A stretch of DNA of 58,588 nt, from positions 1-58,588 of the forward strand of contig CAMCYL010000006.1 in NCBI GenBank assembly GCA_945883905.1. Reading direction: 5' to 3'. The notes beneath the pieces were generated by a model, which was not told the origin of the DNA, did no database searches, and worked only from the letters and a program-made list of their open reading frames with translations. A program made the position numbers and the translations under genes. Source of the stretch: Akkermansia muciniphila. GTDB taxonomy: Bacteria; Verrucomicrobiota; Verrucomicrobiia; Methylacidiphilales; CAMAQI01. Shown one piece after another: positions 1 to 10,810 of this stretch (the stretch's first letter is position 1; the number at the start of each line of letters is the position of its first letter).

Positions 1-97
1 CCCTTTTATCAATCGCTAACCCTTTTTTGATCTTCTCTTACCATCTCTTTCCTCCCCAAGGCGACCCTCATGCCTTTTTCATGCTTTCTTGCATTCC

Positions 98-475
98 TTA
101 GAGATTTTTTTCTTTATTTTTTTGTTCTAATGCAAGAAATGGGATTAAAATAAACAGGGCACCGTTTTCAGTATAAGGAATGACATGGACCTGCGCGGGA
201 AAAACACTCGAATCTTTTCGATTAACAAGGGCCTCAAAAACCATCTTTTGATCATAAGAGCGAAGTGGAATCCCTAAAAACTGAAAGTACCCCTCGACAT
301 TCATTCCGATCGATTCTTCAACGCTATAGCCCAATAAACCAGAGGCCGTTGAATTAATTGTTTGAATCACCCCATCCGAGGAGAGGAATATCAAAGGAAA
401 TTCAGATAAATACCGATTAAAAACATCCTTTGTTAAAATGTTTGAAAGTTCAATCGGTGGAGTCTCTTCGTTCAT
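98..475 (-). CDS. Stand-alone PAS-domain protein
   Basis: PAS-like pattern (DGVIQTINSTASGLLGYSVEESIGMNV ... RKDSSVFPAQVHV); directly downstream of ppc. Confidence 0.7.
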   Translation of the reverse strand: MNEETPPIELSNILTKDVFNRYLSEFPLIFLSSDGVIQTINSTASGLLGYSVEESIGMNVEGYFQFLGIPLRSYDQKMVFEALVNRKDSSVFPAQVHVIPYTENGALFILIPFLALEQKNKEKNL

Positions 476-491
476 GAAAATAAACTCAGGC

Positions 492-3296
492 CTATCCTGT
501 TGTTCCTAAACCACTGGCAATAGCATTAATTGAAAGAAGGATCTGAGGGAGTAATCGACGCGTCGCATCTTCATCCTGTTCCAAAGAAGCAGAGCGCCAA
601 CGCTCAAGAAGATTCATTTGTTGATAATGAAGTAGCTTTAGAGCATCTGCTCTTAACTTTAATGTTTTTGCCATTCGAGGTCGACGAGCAGAAAAGGTTT
701 TTCCGAATACTTTCTCTAACATTTCTTGTGTCTTTTCATATTCTTCCGTGACTGTTTTCATGAAAAGCTTTCGTATCTTATCTTCTTTTACCAATTCAGA
801 ATAAGCGGTCATAATTTCTAGGTCGGCACTATAAACACTCGTTTCAACATTCGTTAAAAGATAATTTAAAAAGGCCCAGCCTTTCACATTACCAACAAGA
901 CTCTTAAATTCATCACTCTGATGATCATGTAGATCTTGAAGTGCAGATCCAACCCCATACCAGCCTGGGACATAAAATCGTGCTTGATTCCAACTAAAGA
1001 CCCAAGGAATAGCACGTAAATCTCCTAATGTTCTGGATCCAGTTCGCCGTGATGGTCGCGATCCAATACTACTATTTTCAAGAGCATCAATGGGAGTGGC
1101 TTGTCCGTAAAAGGTCATAAAACCATCCATCTCGAGAAACTCTCGAAAGGCCGTCCGACTCTTAGAACAGAGCCGATTCAATGTTTTATCGAGTCCGTAG
1201 TTTTTTAATTTCGTAAAACGATGACGAACTGTTTGTGCCGTTGCACCAGCCGTTAAAAGTTCGAGATTATGAGTCGCCGTAATTAAGTTGGCATATTTTT
1301 GTGCAACCGTTTCCCCCTGTTCTGTCACACGAAAATCCCCTTCAATCGAATTTTTTGGCAAAGATTCTAAAAACCAATGCGTCGGACCTGCCCCACGACT
1401 AATTGTACCTCCACGTCCATGGAAAAAGCGAATATTCACTTTGGCTTTACGCCCCGCTTGAGTAATTAACTCTTGTGCACGATGAAGCTCCCACTGAGCG
1501 GCTAATATTCCACTTTCTTTATTACTATCGCTATACCCAATCATGATCTGTTGACTCGGAAGGGGACGATTTCTTCCGGATGTTTTATTATCGAGCAAGA
1601 GCTGCGACTTTAAACTTCTCACCACCACAGGATGAGCAAGATAACGCTTCACAATTTGCTCGCTGGCCCTGAGATCATCGACGGTTTCAAAAAGGGGGAC
1701 TACTGGTAATTTACAGAGTAATCCCTCTTCCGTCTGCTCTGTTAGACCGGCCTCCCGAGCCAAGACATAAACAACCAGTAGATCCGATAGTCGTCGAGTC
1801 ATACTCACGATCAAAGCCCCTATTCCCTCTTGTCCATGGAGTTTTATTTGATCGTAAAGGACTCGATAACAGCTCAAAACGGCATCGGCTTCTTTGCCAA
1901 TCGATGACTCCCCATGGGTAAACGGTCGAGAAGATTTTAACTCCTCGTTCAAAAACTTAATCCGCTTCTCTTCTGACCATGCTAAAAATCCTTTTCCATT
2001 CATTCCTGCGGCATCCATCAACTGACTTAACGCAAAATCATGAAATTGACTGTTTTGTCGTATATCTAATTGTGCTGAATGAAATCCAAAAACCTCCAAA
2101 AGTCTTAAGACCGGTCTGACATCTGACTCCGCCACTCGAGTGGCTCCGACATCGACTAAGGAACGATAGAGGGCCTGCAAATCGTGACTCATTTGCTCAG
2201 GATAAGCGTAGGACCACTTGCGCTCCATAATCTCGATACGATTCCCACTGACTCTTTCTAGAGGAAGTTTTGATTGAATGAGAAGGGCAAACTGTCTCCA
2301 CGGTTCCTCAGGATGAAGTCCCATTAAACGCCCTGCACTCTCGCCAATCTCCTCCGCCATTCGGGAAATCACTGTTGTCATTTCCAAAGAAGGTTTTTGA
2401 ACAAAATGAGAAAGACTTAAACGCTCTATCACTAAATCCATTTGTTGATGAAGTACAAACAACGCATTTAAACGCAGCTCCTTAAAGGTCTCACGAGTGA
2501 TCTCGGCAGTCACAAAGGGATGTCCATCCCGATCACCACCAACCCATGTTCCGAATTGAATCATCGGAAGGTTTTGCCAATTGGCAAAAGAATCTCGTTT
2601 ATAGCCAGCATTTTCCCAAGCTTGAACTAAACGTAAATCTAACATCGGCAAAACTTTTGGAAAAACATTTTTGAGGTAGTGAATTACATTTCGACGCTCC
2701 TCCGAAACCTCCGGCTTACGGACTAAAATCTCTCCTGTTCTCCAAAGTCGCTCAAGTGAGGATTTAACCTCCTCCTTGATTTGCTCCTGCTCAAAAGGAG
2801 TCCACATGGAATTCTCTCGCTTCACTAACAACTGATAGATCGCACGATGTTGCTCAAGAACGGAGGATCGCTTTGCCTCTGTCGGATGGGCGGTCAAAAC
2901 AGTCTCAACTCTGACGTTCGATAAAACAGAAAGAATTTGCTCCTCCGTGATTTTCCCCTCTTTGAAACGACGGAGTTCATAGCCCCAGAGTCCCGGCTCT
3001 TCAAATAGTCCTAATGTCGTTTCACGCAATCGTCGAGTCTGTGCAGAGGCATTTTCCTCCACCATATTTAAGAGTTGAAAAGCCATCGAATAGATTTGTC
3101 CGACACGCTCAGGAAATCGAGTGACCGATGAAGGATCTAATTCCGATTTCCAAGGCAGATAACGGGAAAGATGTTTTTCGCCACACTCCGTGAGAACCTC
3201 TTCCAAGCAATCTAAAAGAAAAAATAAGTCTCGATCTACCTTACTAAAGCCCAACCCCAAAAAATCGGGATTTATTTTTGATTTTAATTCACTCAT
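492..3296 (-). CDS. ppc: Phosphoenolpyruvate carboxylase
   Basis: Motifs VLTAHPTE, WVGGDRDGHP, QIMIGYSDSNK, FHGRGG, LRAIPWVFSW; start moved to ATG 3296 (MSELKSK) to avoid overlap with the upstream gene. Confidence 0.96.
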   Translation of the reverse strand: MSELKSKINPDFLGLGFSKVDRDLFFLLDCLEEVLTECGEKHLSRYLPWKSELDPSSVTRFPERVGQIYSMAFQLLNMVEENASAQTRRLRETTLGLFEEPGLWGYELRRFKEGKITEEQILSVLSNVRVETVLTAHPTEAKRSSVLEQHRAIYQLLVKRENSMWTPFEQEQIKEEVKSSLERLWRTGEILVRKPEVSEERRNVIHYLKNVFPKVLPMLDLRLVQAWENAGYKRDSFANWQNLPMIQFGTWVGGDRDGHPFVTAEITRETFKELRLNALFVLHQQMDLVIERLSLSHFVQKPSLEMTTVISRMAEEIGESAGRLMGLHPEEPWRQFALLIQSKLPLERVSGNRIEIMERKWSYAYPEQMSHDLQALYRSLVDVGATRVAESDVRPVLRLLEVFGFHSAQLDIRQNSQFHDFALSQLMDAAGMNGKGFLAWSEEKRIKFLNEELKSSRPFTHGESSIGKEADAVLSCYRVLYDQIKLHGQEGIGALIVSMTRRLSDLLVVYVLAREAGLTEQTEEGLLCKLPVVPLFETVDDLRASEQIVKRYLAHPVVVRSLKSQLLLDNKTSGRNRPLPSQQIMIGYSDSNKESGILAAQWELHRAQELITQAGRKAKVNIRFFHGRGGTISRGAGPTHWFLESLPKNSIEGDFRVTEQGETVAQKYANLITATHNLELLTAGATAQTVRHRFTKLKNYGLDKTLNRLCSKSRTAFREFLEMDGFMTFYGQATPIDALENSSIGSRPSRRTGSRTLGDLRAIPWVFSWNQARFYVPGWYGVGSALQDLHDHQSDEFKSLVGNVKGWAFLNYLLTNVETSVYSADLEIMTAYSELVKEDKIRKLFMKTVTEEYEKTQEMLEKVFGKTFSARRPRMAKTLKLRADALKLLHYQQMNLLERWRSASLEQDEDATRRLLPQILLSINAIASGLGTTG

Positions 3297-3336
3297 TTTG
3301 CTCTCTTTTTTGAATGAGCAGACACTATCAATACCC

Positions 3337-4998
3337 CTATGAATGACCAACAAAAAAACGCACAAAAATTTGAGCCATAATTACTTTAATTAATAATGCC
3401 ATCGGAAAAAGCGTGGCATAAGCCAAAACAATTGGCGCACGATCCATTTTTTGAGAGGCAAAAGCTAAAGCGGCAGGTTGCGTATGAAGTCCACAACAGG
3501 AACCGACCCACATCTCTGGCGAGCGAAAACCAAAACGTCTTAATACAAAACACAAAACGATATGAGCAATCAGTGTAATGAGAATCACGGGCAGAATAAA
3601 ATTAAAGCCATTTACAGATAAAACCTCCAAAAATCCGTTCCCCGCTTGCACCCCTACACATGTCAGAAAAAATAAAATTCCTAACTGCCGGAGGGCCATA
3701 TTATTCGATTGCGGAATCAACCAAATCACCTTTCCCACTCTGCCCCACGCCCCAAGCAATAATCCCATAATAAGACAGCCTCCCGTCGAACCCAATTCAA
3801 ATGAGTCCTCCATTCCCGGAAATGAAATAGGAATAGCCCCCAATCCGATTCCCATTACAATACCTAGTCCAAAGCTGACATATCCACTTTCGGATAGAAT
3901 ATTAATCGAATTTCCAAAAAGTTTTCGAACCTCTTTCTCGGTTTCTTTTAAGGAAATGACTCGGATTCTATCGCCTAATTGGAGAACACTTCCCTCTGTT
4001 ACCTCGAGATCCATATCCCCCCGTCTCTGTCTCGTAATAATAGCTCCATATTTATCAAGTTTAATCTGACTAATCGGAATCCCAACAATTTCGGGATTTG
4101 AAACGTGATATCGATGAACCTCAAAGCCATGCATTTCATCAACTAAGTCAATATCTGCTATTTTTCCCACTGCCTCGGCTGCTTTCGCAATATTTTCCGG
4201 TCGTCCAACGGCCACAAAATAACTTCCTAAATCGAGAGGAAGATTCACATGCGTCATTAACGTCAGAGCACCATCGATGGGCTGATAACGAGTCATTTTA
4301 ATCAAATATTTTTTTTCAATTATTTCAGCAGTCCAATTAGAAAATCCGACTGGGGAATTTAAAATTTGCAACGTTTGTGCAGGATAAATAAAGTTAGGTT
4401 GCTTTCCTGAAATCGACCTTCCTTTTCTCCAACACATTAAAAACTCAAGGAATACAAGCAAGGTCACTACCGATATCGGGTAAGCGATTCCAAATCCTTG
4501 AACTAATGATTTATGTTTTGAGGACTCCCCCAGATCTTTAAGCAGATCCGCCGCTGCCGCCAACGCAGGAGTAGAAGTCAAAGAGCCACAAAAAATTCCA
4601 ACCCAAATGATCGAATCTCCAAAGTAAAAGTGGGCAAAGATCAGACAGACCAGAAAAGAGGCACATAAACCCAAAATCAATGCGGCGATGCACTTTAATC
4701 CCTGTATTTTAAAGTTTTGAAAGAAACCGGGTCCCGACTCAAGCCCAACACAATACACAAATAAGGCTAAACCTAAGGAGGAAAGAAATGGTGGAAACTC
4801 AAAACGAGAATCCCACATCCCAAACCCTAATCCAACAAACAAGACTGAAGCGACCCCCAATCGAAAACGCCCCCCCCAATTGATTTCACCCAAAGAATAT
4901 CCAAGGGCAATAATTAAAAATAATCGTGCTAAAAGGTTGTCGACCAGGAAAACTCGAGCCCATTCGATCAAATCGTAGATTGCCATAAAACTGATCAT
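3337..4998 (-). CDS. AspT/YidE/YbjL-family (aspartate:alanine exchanger-like) transporter with TrkA-C domain
   Basis: GLALFVYCVGLESGPGFF, GSLTSTPALAAA, duplicated TM halves, central RQRRGD...LQLGDRI TrkA-C-like segment. Confidence 0.88.
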   Translation of the reverse strand: MISFMAIYDLIEWARVFLVDNLLARLFLIIALGYSLGEINWGGRFRLGVASVLFVGLGFGMWDSRFEFPPFLSSLGLALFVYCVGLESGPGFFQNFKIQGLKCIAALILGLCASFLVCLIFAHFYFGDSIIWVGIFCGSLTSTPALAAAADLLKDLGESSKHKSLVQGFGIAYPISVVTLLVFLEFLMCWRKGRSISGKQPNFIYPAQTLQILNSPVGFSNWTAEIIEKKYLIKMTRYQPIDGALTLMTHVNLPLDLGSYFVAVGRPENIAKAAEAVGKIADIDLVDEMHGFEVHRYHVSNPEIVGIPISQIKLDKYGAIITRQRRGDMDLEVTEGSVLQLGDRIRVISLKETEKEVRKLFGNSINILSESGYVSFGLGIVMGIGLGAIPISFPGMEDSFELGSTGGCLIMGLLLGAWGRVGKVIWLIPQSNNMALRQLGILFFLTCVGVQAGNGFLEVLSVNGFNFILPVILITLIAHIVLCFVLRRFGFRSPEMWVGSCCGLHTQPAALAFASQKMDRAPIVLAYATLFPMALLIKVIMAQIFVRFFVGHS

Positions 4999-6689
4999 AA
5001 GTGATTTTTTATTAAGAGGCGAGAGCCCGATCTCCCCTCCTCGCTTTCAAAGAACATCTCTCCGATGACTTTTCTCCAAAACTCCCGATCCTTTGCATGG
5101 ATAATCAAAAGCAATCTCTGTTCCGACTTCCAAGAAACAAGAAACTTATCAAAATCAAGATATTGTTCTCTTCCAATCTCATACTTTCTCGTTGCATACT
5201 CCGCAAAAGGATTGGCTCTTACAAAAAATATTTTTTCCTCAAGATAATAAAAAAGACTTGAAGAAATGGGGGCGACTCCATCGACAATGACGGCGGTGTG
5301 AGGAATTAAAGAAATATAAAGAGCCGTTTTTTTTAATGAAAAAGAGTCGGACAAAATCCGAACCCCTTTTGAAGTTCCCCATAAGGGTCCTAGCATTGCA
5401 ATGATAAAAGCAATCAGAATTAAAGAATTTTTTTGTTTTCTGACGAGATAAACCCCACTCATTCCACCGATTAAAAGTGTGATCGCAGAAATAAAAAATA
5501 GCGATCTCATTTCAGTCGGAAGTTGAAATAAAATAGAAAACAAATGATCGGTCGAATCAGATCGAAGGGCATTATTTATATTGCCACTCCAAATAGATCC
5601 CAGGACGAAAAGAGAGACGCCGAGTCCAAAAAAAATCCAAAAAGGAAAAGCCAACCAAACCGATCGATCCCTTGAATGAAGACCGACAACCGCTAAAATT
5701 GAAAAGGAGAACCATGAAGCCATACTATAATAATCTTGTCGGGCAGAAAATAAGGTACTCACCAAAATGACCCCAGGAACGATCAAGAGCAGTTTTTGAG
5801 TCTGTTTCTGATCATCACGATCCTGGCTCTTTCTCCATTTCTGTAACGCATGCGGGGTCAATAAAAGAATCGGAAAAAGAAGAAACAGATGTTGAAGTAA
5901 ATAATGAAAAAGAGAAACTTGTGAATAAGTTAATGGAAAACGAAAATTGAGGGCATGACCCATTTGTTCGTTCCAAAGATTATCCAGGATATATCCTGGA
6001 TACTTTAACTCAACGGCAACATACCATGGTAAAGTAATCACTAAAAAAAGAATTAAATTTCTTAAACGCCAAAATCCACTCCAAGCCTCCGGTTGAAAAA
6101 GCGACATCGCACGCGCAATTCCTAAAACGGTTAAAGGCCAAAAAAGGCCGTGAAACCCTTTTGCAAATGAAGCACAAGCCATCATGACCCATCCAAGAGT
6201 CCACCATCGAAGACGTGCAGAATAAGTAACCGCAAGTAGGGCCTTAATAGAGGCCCAAAATGTCATCGCGATAAAAAAGGAGAACACTATTTCGGGCATC
6301 ACCATTCTCCCAAAAATAAAGAGTCCAAAACTCAATCCTAAAACGGTCGTCGCCATTAACGCACGAAAGGGATCCATGATCTCCACTCCGATTGCATAGG
6401 TCGTTAAAAGCAATCCCAGGATCATAACTATAAAAGGAACTCGCATTGCATATTCATCGTTTTTTATGAATGAAGCAGAGAGTTTCATTAGCCAATAAGT
6501 AAGCGGAGGCTTTTGAAGTCGAGGGATTCCATTATTTGTCGGAATCTCTAGATAAGACTCCATCGCTCTCACGGCACCCGCGTATTGTCCTTCGGTCTCA
6601 TCATAAATCGGGGTCTCTCGGATCGATAAAAAGTAAAAGAGTGCAAATCCACTCAGCAAAAGCACTATTTTAATGAAGTTAAAATTCAC
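4995..6689 (-). CDS. ArnT/PMT-like (GT39/GT83) membrane glycosyltransferase
   Basis: DETEGQYA, PRLQKPPLTYWL, AMR, FAKG motifs and many TM helices; GTG 6689 overlaps the upstream stop (GTGA). Confidence 0.85.
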   Translation of the reverse strand: MNFNFIKIVLLLSGFALFYFLSIRETPIYDETEGQYAGAVRAMESYLEIPTNNGIPRLQKPPLTYWLMKLSASFIKNDEYAMRVPFIVMILGLLLTTYAIGVEIMDPFRALMATTVLGLSFGLFIFGRMVMPEIVFSFFIAMTFWASIKALLAVTYSARLRWWTLGWVMMACASFAKGFHGLFWPLTVLGIARAMSLFQPEAWSGFWRLRNLILFLVITLPWYVAVELKYPGYILDNLWNEQMGHALNFRFPLTYSQVSLFHYLLQHLFLLFPILLLTPHALQKWRKSQDRDDQKQTQKLLLIVPGVILVSTLFSARQDYYSMASWFSFSILAVVGLHSRDRSVWLAFPFWIFFGLGVSLFVLGSIWSGNINNALRSDSTDHLFSILFQLPTEMRSLFFISAITLLIGGMSGVYLVRKQKNSLILIAFIIAMLGPLWGTSKGVRILSDSFSLKKTALYISLIPHTAVIVDGVAPISSSLFYYLEEKIFFVRANPFAEYATRKYEIGREQYLDFDKFLVSWKSEQRLLLIIHAKDREFWRKVIGEMFFESEEGRSGSRLLIKNHL

Positions 6690-8614
6690 AGCCGTCCAAA
6701 ACATCGATCAAAGTGCTCGATCAAGCGAGTCCCCTTTTGACGAAAACTCTCCGCCCCCAGAAGATCCCCTCTTCCCTCCGATTCTTGAGCGAGTGTAAAT
6801 AAATATTCCGGGTAACGAGAAAGGAGCAACTTTGGATTCCTTAACAATTTTGAGCGCTCCAACCACTTCGCTTGGAATCGTTTGGTATTGCGAGCGTGAA
6901 TATCAAAAATCGATTCCTGATGATCAAAGTATCGAACCACCTTATTCGCCTTGATCGTTCCGCTCCACTCATGATCATATTCGCTCGTCGGAGCAATCCA
7001 ACATTCCAACCCTTTTTCACGACATTGGAGCCCTAAATCCCACTCCTCAAAATAACAGGGGGTATAGTCATCCTCAAAAAGAAGATCTCCACTGACAAAA
7101 TGGGATCGTTTGACCGCAAAGAAAAAACCGGAGATAGCATCGACTTGAAGCGGTCGAGAGCTCATTCCTTGATCGAAATATTGATAATCGGTAGAGCCAA
7201 AGAAATTCACAAAGGAACCTTGAGGCCCTGCCACCGCCGCTTTTTCAATCCGTTGCAGTGTTCTTTCAATAACGGGTATCGATTTCGGACGAAAATGAAG
7301 ATCCGCATTAATCACAAATACAGTAGGAGTTTCGCTTAAATGAATCCCGACATTCCAAGCGCGGGCGACGCCGATATTTTGACTTAAAGTTGCCGCTAAA
7401 GTCACACGTGGATGCTTCGCATAGCTCGCCGCCATTTTCTCGGAGTTAAAGACCACAATCACATTGCCTTCCACCGATTCTAAATCCTTCAACAATGTTT
7501 CAATATTAAAGGGACTCGCTGGGGATTTATCAAGCACCGGAATCACAAAGGAGCGTTGAGGTCGCGAGGAAAGAACTGCTCCTCGCCATGGACTCTCCCC
7601 TAAAAAATAAGTGTCCTTCAGACCCAAAGAGCGATCACGCCACTGACGTGCATCGGGAGTTGAAACCGTTTCACCAAGGAGTACCTCTAGAAGCGCCGTC
7701 GCACGGTGATCGTACGTATGCGCACGCAAAACCTTCTCACGACCCGAGGCCGCAATTCTCTCCCGTTCCACCTCATTTTTCAAATAATAACCGATTTGAT
7801 CTAAAAGATTATCCGAATGATAAATTCCTAGATCCTCCCCAGGGGCAAATAATTCTGACAGCCCCGAAGCGACCCCGGGGTCATCCGTTAAAAGAAATGA
7901 GCCTGAAGCCATTGCCTCAAATACCCGCATATTCAAATCGTTTCGTACGCAATTATTAAAAACAATTTTAGAATGCGAAAAAACTTCCGACATCTCCGTT
8001 AAAAAACAACGACGAACGTGGAGAGGATAGTTCGATTTAATTTTCTCAAGCAAAGCACTCCGTGGATGTCCCTCTGCGATCGATCCAACAAATCCAACCT
8101 CAAACTCTTTCCCTCCCTTTTTCTGACCATGAATCTCCGGATCACATCCCAAGGGAAGCCAATGGACATTTTGAATCCCTGCTGATTGAAAAGCGTGGAG
8201 ATACTCACGTTGAGCAATAAAAACAAGATCAAATTGCTTCGCCCACTCTAAATGCCACGTTAAATTAATATGGGAATCGATCAAATAACAGACTCGAGGG
8301 CACGGGAGTTTGTCCATATTTTGAGGAAAATGTCCATAAACAGATTCGATCCACAAAAAGAAATCAGGCCGTAAATCTTCTGGCGTTTGATGATAAAGTG
8401 ACCCCACATCATACTCATAAGGGAGCGGAATATCATGATCAACCACCGGCGATCCCATGTTTTGAAGATTCCAGCTCTCGATCACAAACTCATCAATTTT
8501 TGGACCTAGCGTCGTCACCTTCATTAGTTTTCGAAAAGCTCTTTCAAAATAGACCGCAGTCGTTACTGGATAGGAGACGTAGGAGAGCCAAAGTCGATGT
8601 GAAGTAAAATCCAT
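6686..8614 (-). CDS. Two-domain glycosyltransferase (CgeB/Glyco_trans_1_2-like N-half plus GT2-like C-half)
   Basis: WLPLGCDP, LNMRVFEAMASG, HTYDHRA in N-half; NIGVARAWNVG, INAD, YFEEWDL in C-half. Confidence 0.8.
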   Translation of the reverse strand: MDFTSHRLWLSYVSYPVTTAVYFERAFRKLMKVTTLGPKIDEFVIESWNLQNMGSPVVDHDIPLPYEYDVGSLYHQTPEDLRPDFFLWIESVYGHFPQNMDKLPCPRVCYLIDSHINLTWHLEWAKQFDLVFIAQREYLHAFQSAGIQNVHWLPLGCDPEIHGQKKGGKEFEVGFVGSIAEGHPRSALLEKIKSNYPLHVRRCFLTEMSEVFSHSKIVFNNCVRNDLNMRVFEAMASGSFLLTDDPGVASGLSELFAPGEDLGIYHSDNLLDQIGYYLKNEVERERIAASGREKVLRAHTYDHRATALLEVLLGETVSTPDARQWRDRSLGLKDTYFLGESPWRGAVLSSRPQRSFVIPVLDKSPASPFNIETLLKDLESVEGNVIVVFNSEKMAASYAKHPRVTLAATLSQNIGVARAWNVGIHLSETPTVFVINADLHFRPKSIPVIERTLQRIEKAAVAGPQGSFVNFFGSTDYQYFDQGMSSRPLQVDAISGFFFAVKRSHFVSGDLLFEDDYTPCYFEEWDLGLQCREKGLECWIAPTSEYDHEWSGTIKANKVVRYFDHQESIFDIHARNTKRFQAKWLERSKLLRNPKLLLSRYPEYLFTLAQESEGRGDLLGAESFRQKGTRLIEHFDRCFGRL

Positions 8615-8615
8615 A

Positions 8616-9104
8616 TTACAAACTCTTTGCGAATTTTTCTTTCAAAATTTTCTCAACGTGAGGAGTCACAAAACTCGAAAAATCTCCTCCTAATTTAGCC
8701 ACCTCGCGAACAATCGAACTGCTTAAATAGGTATAACTTTCTCTCGGCATTAAAAAAATAGTCTCCACATCTTTACGAAGCTTTCGATTCATCAGAGCCA
8801 TCTGGAATTCAAATTCAAAATCAGAGACAGCTCGAAGCCCCCGTATAATCGCACAAGCACCCTGCGACTGAACAAAATCAACCAACAATCCGTTGAACGA
8901 GATCACTTCAGGGGGGTTTTCAAAACCTTTTACCGATTCCAAGGCTAGCGCCACTCGCTCCTCCACTGAAAATAAAGGGGCCTTTCCGGTATTCGCCGCA
9001 ACTGCGATCACGACCTTATCAAAAAGCCGTTGAGCCCGCTCAAGCACATCTAGATGTCCTTTGGTAATCGGGTCAAAGGTCCCAGGATAAACGGCAATTC
9101 TCAT
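8616..9104 (-). CDS. coaD: Phosphopantetheine adenylyltransferase
   Basis: YPGTFDPITKGH, IIRGLRAVSDFEFE, LSSSIVREVA. Confidence 0.97.
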   Translation of the reverse strand: MRIAVYPGTFDPITKGHLDVLERAQRLFDKVVIAVAANTGKAPLFSVEERVALALESVKGFENPPEVISFNGLLVDFVQSQGACAIIRGLRAVSDFEFEFQMALMNRKLRKDVETIFLMPRESYTYLSSSIVREVAKLGGDFSSFVTPHVEKILKEKFAKSL

Positions 9105-10810
9105 AAGCCTTCAATTTTCCATATAGAAGTTGCCACTTTCGCTAACTTTCTCTGTCTCTCTTCGATGATGCTAGGAGTCCATTCATCGTATTTAAGTTCA
9201 GATGTTAATTTATACTCGCTTAATAAATATTTTTCTTTCTTTTCATTAAAAGAAAGATTTGAGCATTCTCGATTTGATTTAGGCTCTAAAAGGAGATAAT
9301 TCCCTAATCGAGAGGTGTAATTTAATGCTTTTTCAGAACTAAAATCTTTAAGCCAACTTTCATCTGGATTTTCTGGAAGAACATGCTCAATCGATGCTGA
9401 GTGATTCTCATAACTATAGGTTTGTTGATACATTTGTCGATTGATTTCAAAAAGAATATATCGAACAAGCTTTGGATAAGAACGACTCGAAATCTCTTTT
9501 TTAGAAAACGATTCCACAAACTCGTCATCAGGTACATACAACGGCTTCAATGCTGCAATCACTTGCCGAGAACTAGTATATTCATTTTTAAAAACATTTA
9601 AGGCAATTTGATTATAAATATCTTCAATTTTATTAGTGCTTTTTTCACAAATGACATGATAACGGAAAGATAGAATATCGAGTGCTTTTAAAATTGCGCC
9701 CGTCTCCTCAAAGGTCAACCGATTATAGGCCGCAAAAATAAGAGGCCTATACTGAGTTACTCGATACATTTTTAGTCTACGTGCCGACTCATGAACCTTA
9801 GGATCATTAAAAAAATCAGGCATTGGATCATCTAAAGCGAGATGAATTAATGAAACCTTTTCTAATCCTTCAATTAAATCAAACGCTTCAGAAGGTGATT
9901 TATAAGACTCCTTAATCGTCTTATAGACCCTATCCCGTCTTACTAATTGCATGCGACTATTTAAATAATGCCTTAAAAAAGCAGTACTCTCTTTTGAGGG
10001 AATACTATTAAAAATTCTGTCCCAACGTACCAATGCAGAACAAATCTGAGATTCTCCTGCCTGACTCACCACCGAAAGTAAATAGTTTTTTAGTAAATCT
10101 CCAGCAGTTAGCTCGACCCCTCTTGCATTTAAAGTTTCAAAAAAGGCATAAGCTGAGACTTCATCTTCAACAGAAATTACAACAAATACGACATTCACCG
10201 CAAAAAAATCATAAAGATAGGCAGAAATTTTTTCGGCTCTTAAATTTAAATCACTTATTTTTGAAAACTTTTCTTTAATTTTAATCTCAAAAAATTCAAT
10301 CGCTTCCCACAAAAGTTTATCAGCACCTTTTAAAGCTGCTTTATGGACAATCGGATCTTTAAGATTTACAAGATAGGATTCATAAAATGGATTATCCCTT
10401 TTATTTAAAAACAACCTAGGCTCTTGCCTCAATGAAACTGGATTTTGAGATCCAAGCAATGAATCTCTAAGTTTCGTCCATCGTTTTCCCTCTTCTTTAG
10501 TACCTAAATACTCTTCTTCCGTTTTTTTTAAAAATCGCAGTGCCGAAATCACAAGCAATGAAAGTGTTACTAACCTTTGTTGTCCGTCAATAATTTGAAA
10601 AAGATGATGAGATTTTTGAACAAGAACAATCGATCCCATATAGTGAGGTTTCCTACTTGTCTCCGCCTCCTCCAAATCCAGCCACAAATCCTCCCAATGC
10701 TCTAACCTCCAAGAATAATCGCGTTGATAAGCAGGAATTTCATATCTTTTACCATTTGAAAAGACCTCACCAATACTTAAATATTTGGGAGTTAAAGTAT
10801 GATTGTTCAT
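9101..10810 (-). CDS. DUF262 + DUF1524 (GmrSD-like) NTPase/HNH nuclease, modification-dependent restriction family
   Basis: IPAYQRDYSW, IIDGQQRL, FETLNARG (DUF262); SIEHVLPEN, RLGNYLLL, NRECSN (DUF1524 His-Me finger). Confidence 0.9.
   Translation of the reverse strand: MNNHTLTPKYLSIGEVFSNGKRYEIPAYQRDYSWRLEHWEDLWLDLEEAETSRKPHYMGSIVLVQKSHHLFQIIDGQQRLVTLSLLVISALRFLKKTEEEYLGTKEEGKRWTKLRDSLLGSQNPVSLRQEPRLFLNKRDNPFYESYLVNLKDPIVHKAALKGADKLLWEAIEFFEIKIKEKFSKISDLNLRAEKISAYLYDFFAVNVVFVVISVEDEVSAYAFFETLNARGVELTAGDLLKNYLLSVVSQAGESQICSALVRWDRIFNSIPSKESTAFLRHYLNSRMQLVRRDRVYKTIKESYKSPSEAFDLIEGLEKVSLIHLALDDPMPDFFNDPKVHESARRLKMYRVTQYRPLIFAAYNRLTFEETGAILKALDILSFRYHVICEKSTNKIEDIYNQIALNVFKNEYTSSRQVIAALKPLYVPDDEFVESFSKKEISSRSYPKLVRYILFEINRQMYQQTYSYENHSASIEHVLPENPDESWLKDFSSEKALNYTSRLGNYLLLEPKSNRECSNLSFNEKKEKYLLSEYKLTSELKYDEWTPSIIEERQRKLAKVATSIWKIEGL

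Noticed and set aside
9101-10810. SspE of a phosphorothioate system
   Set aside because: Same domain pair, but no ssp/dnd genes in the window; left as GmrSD-like
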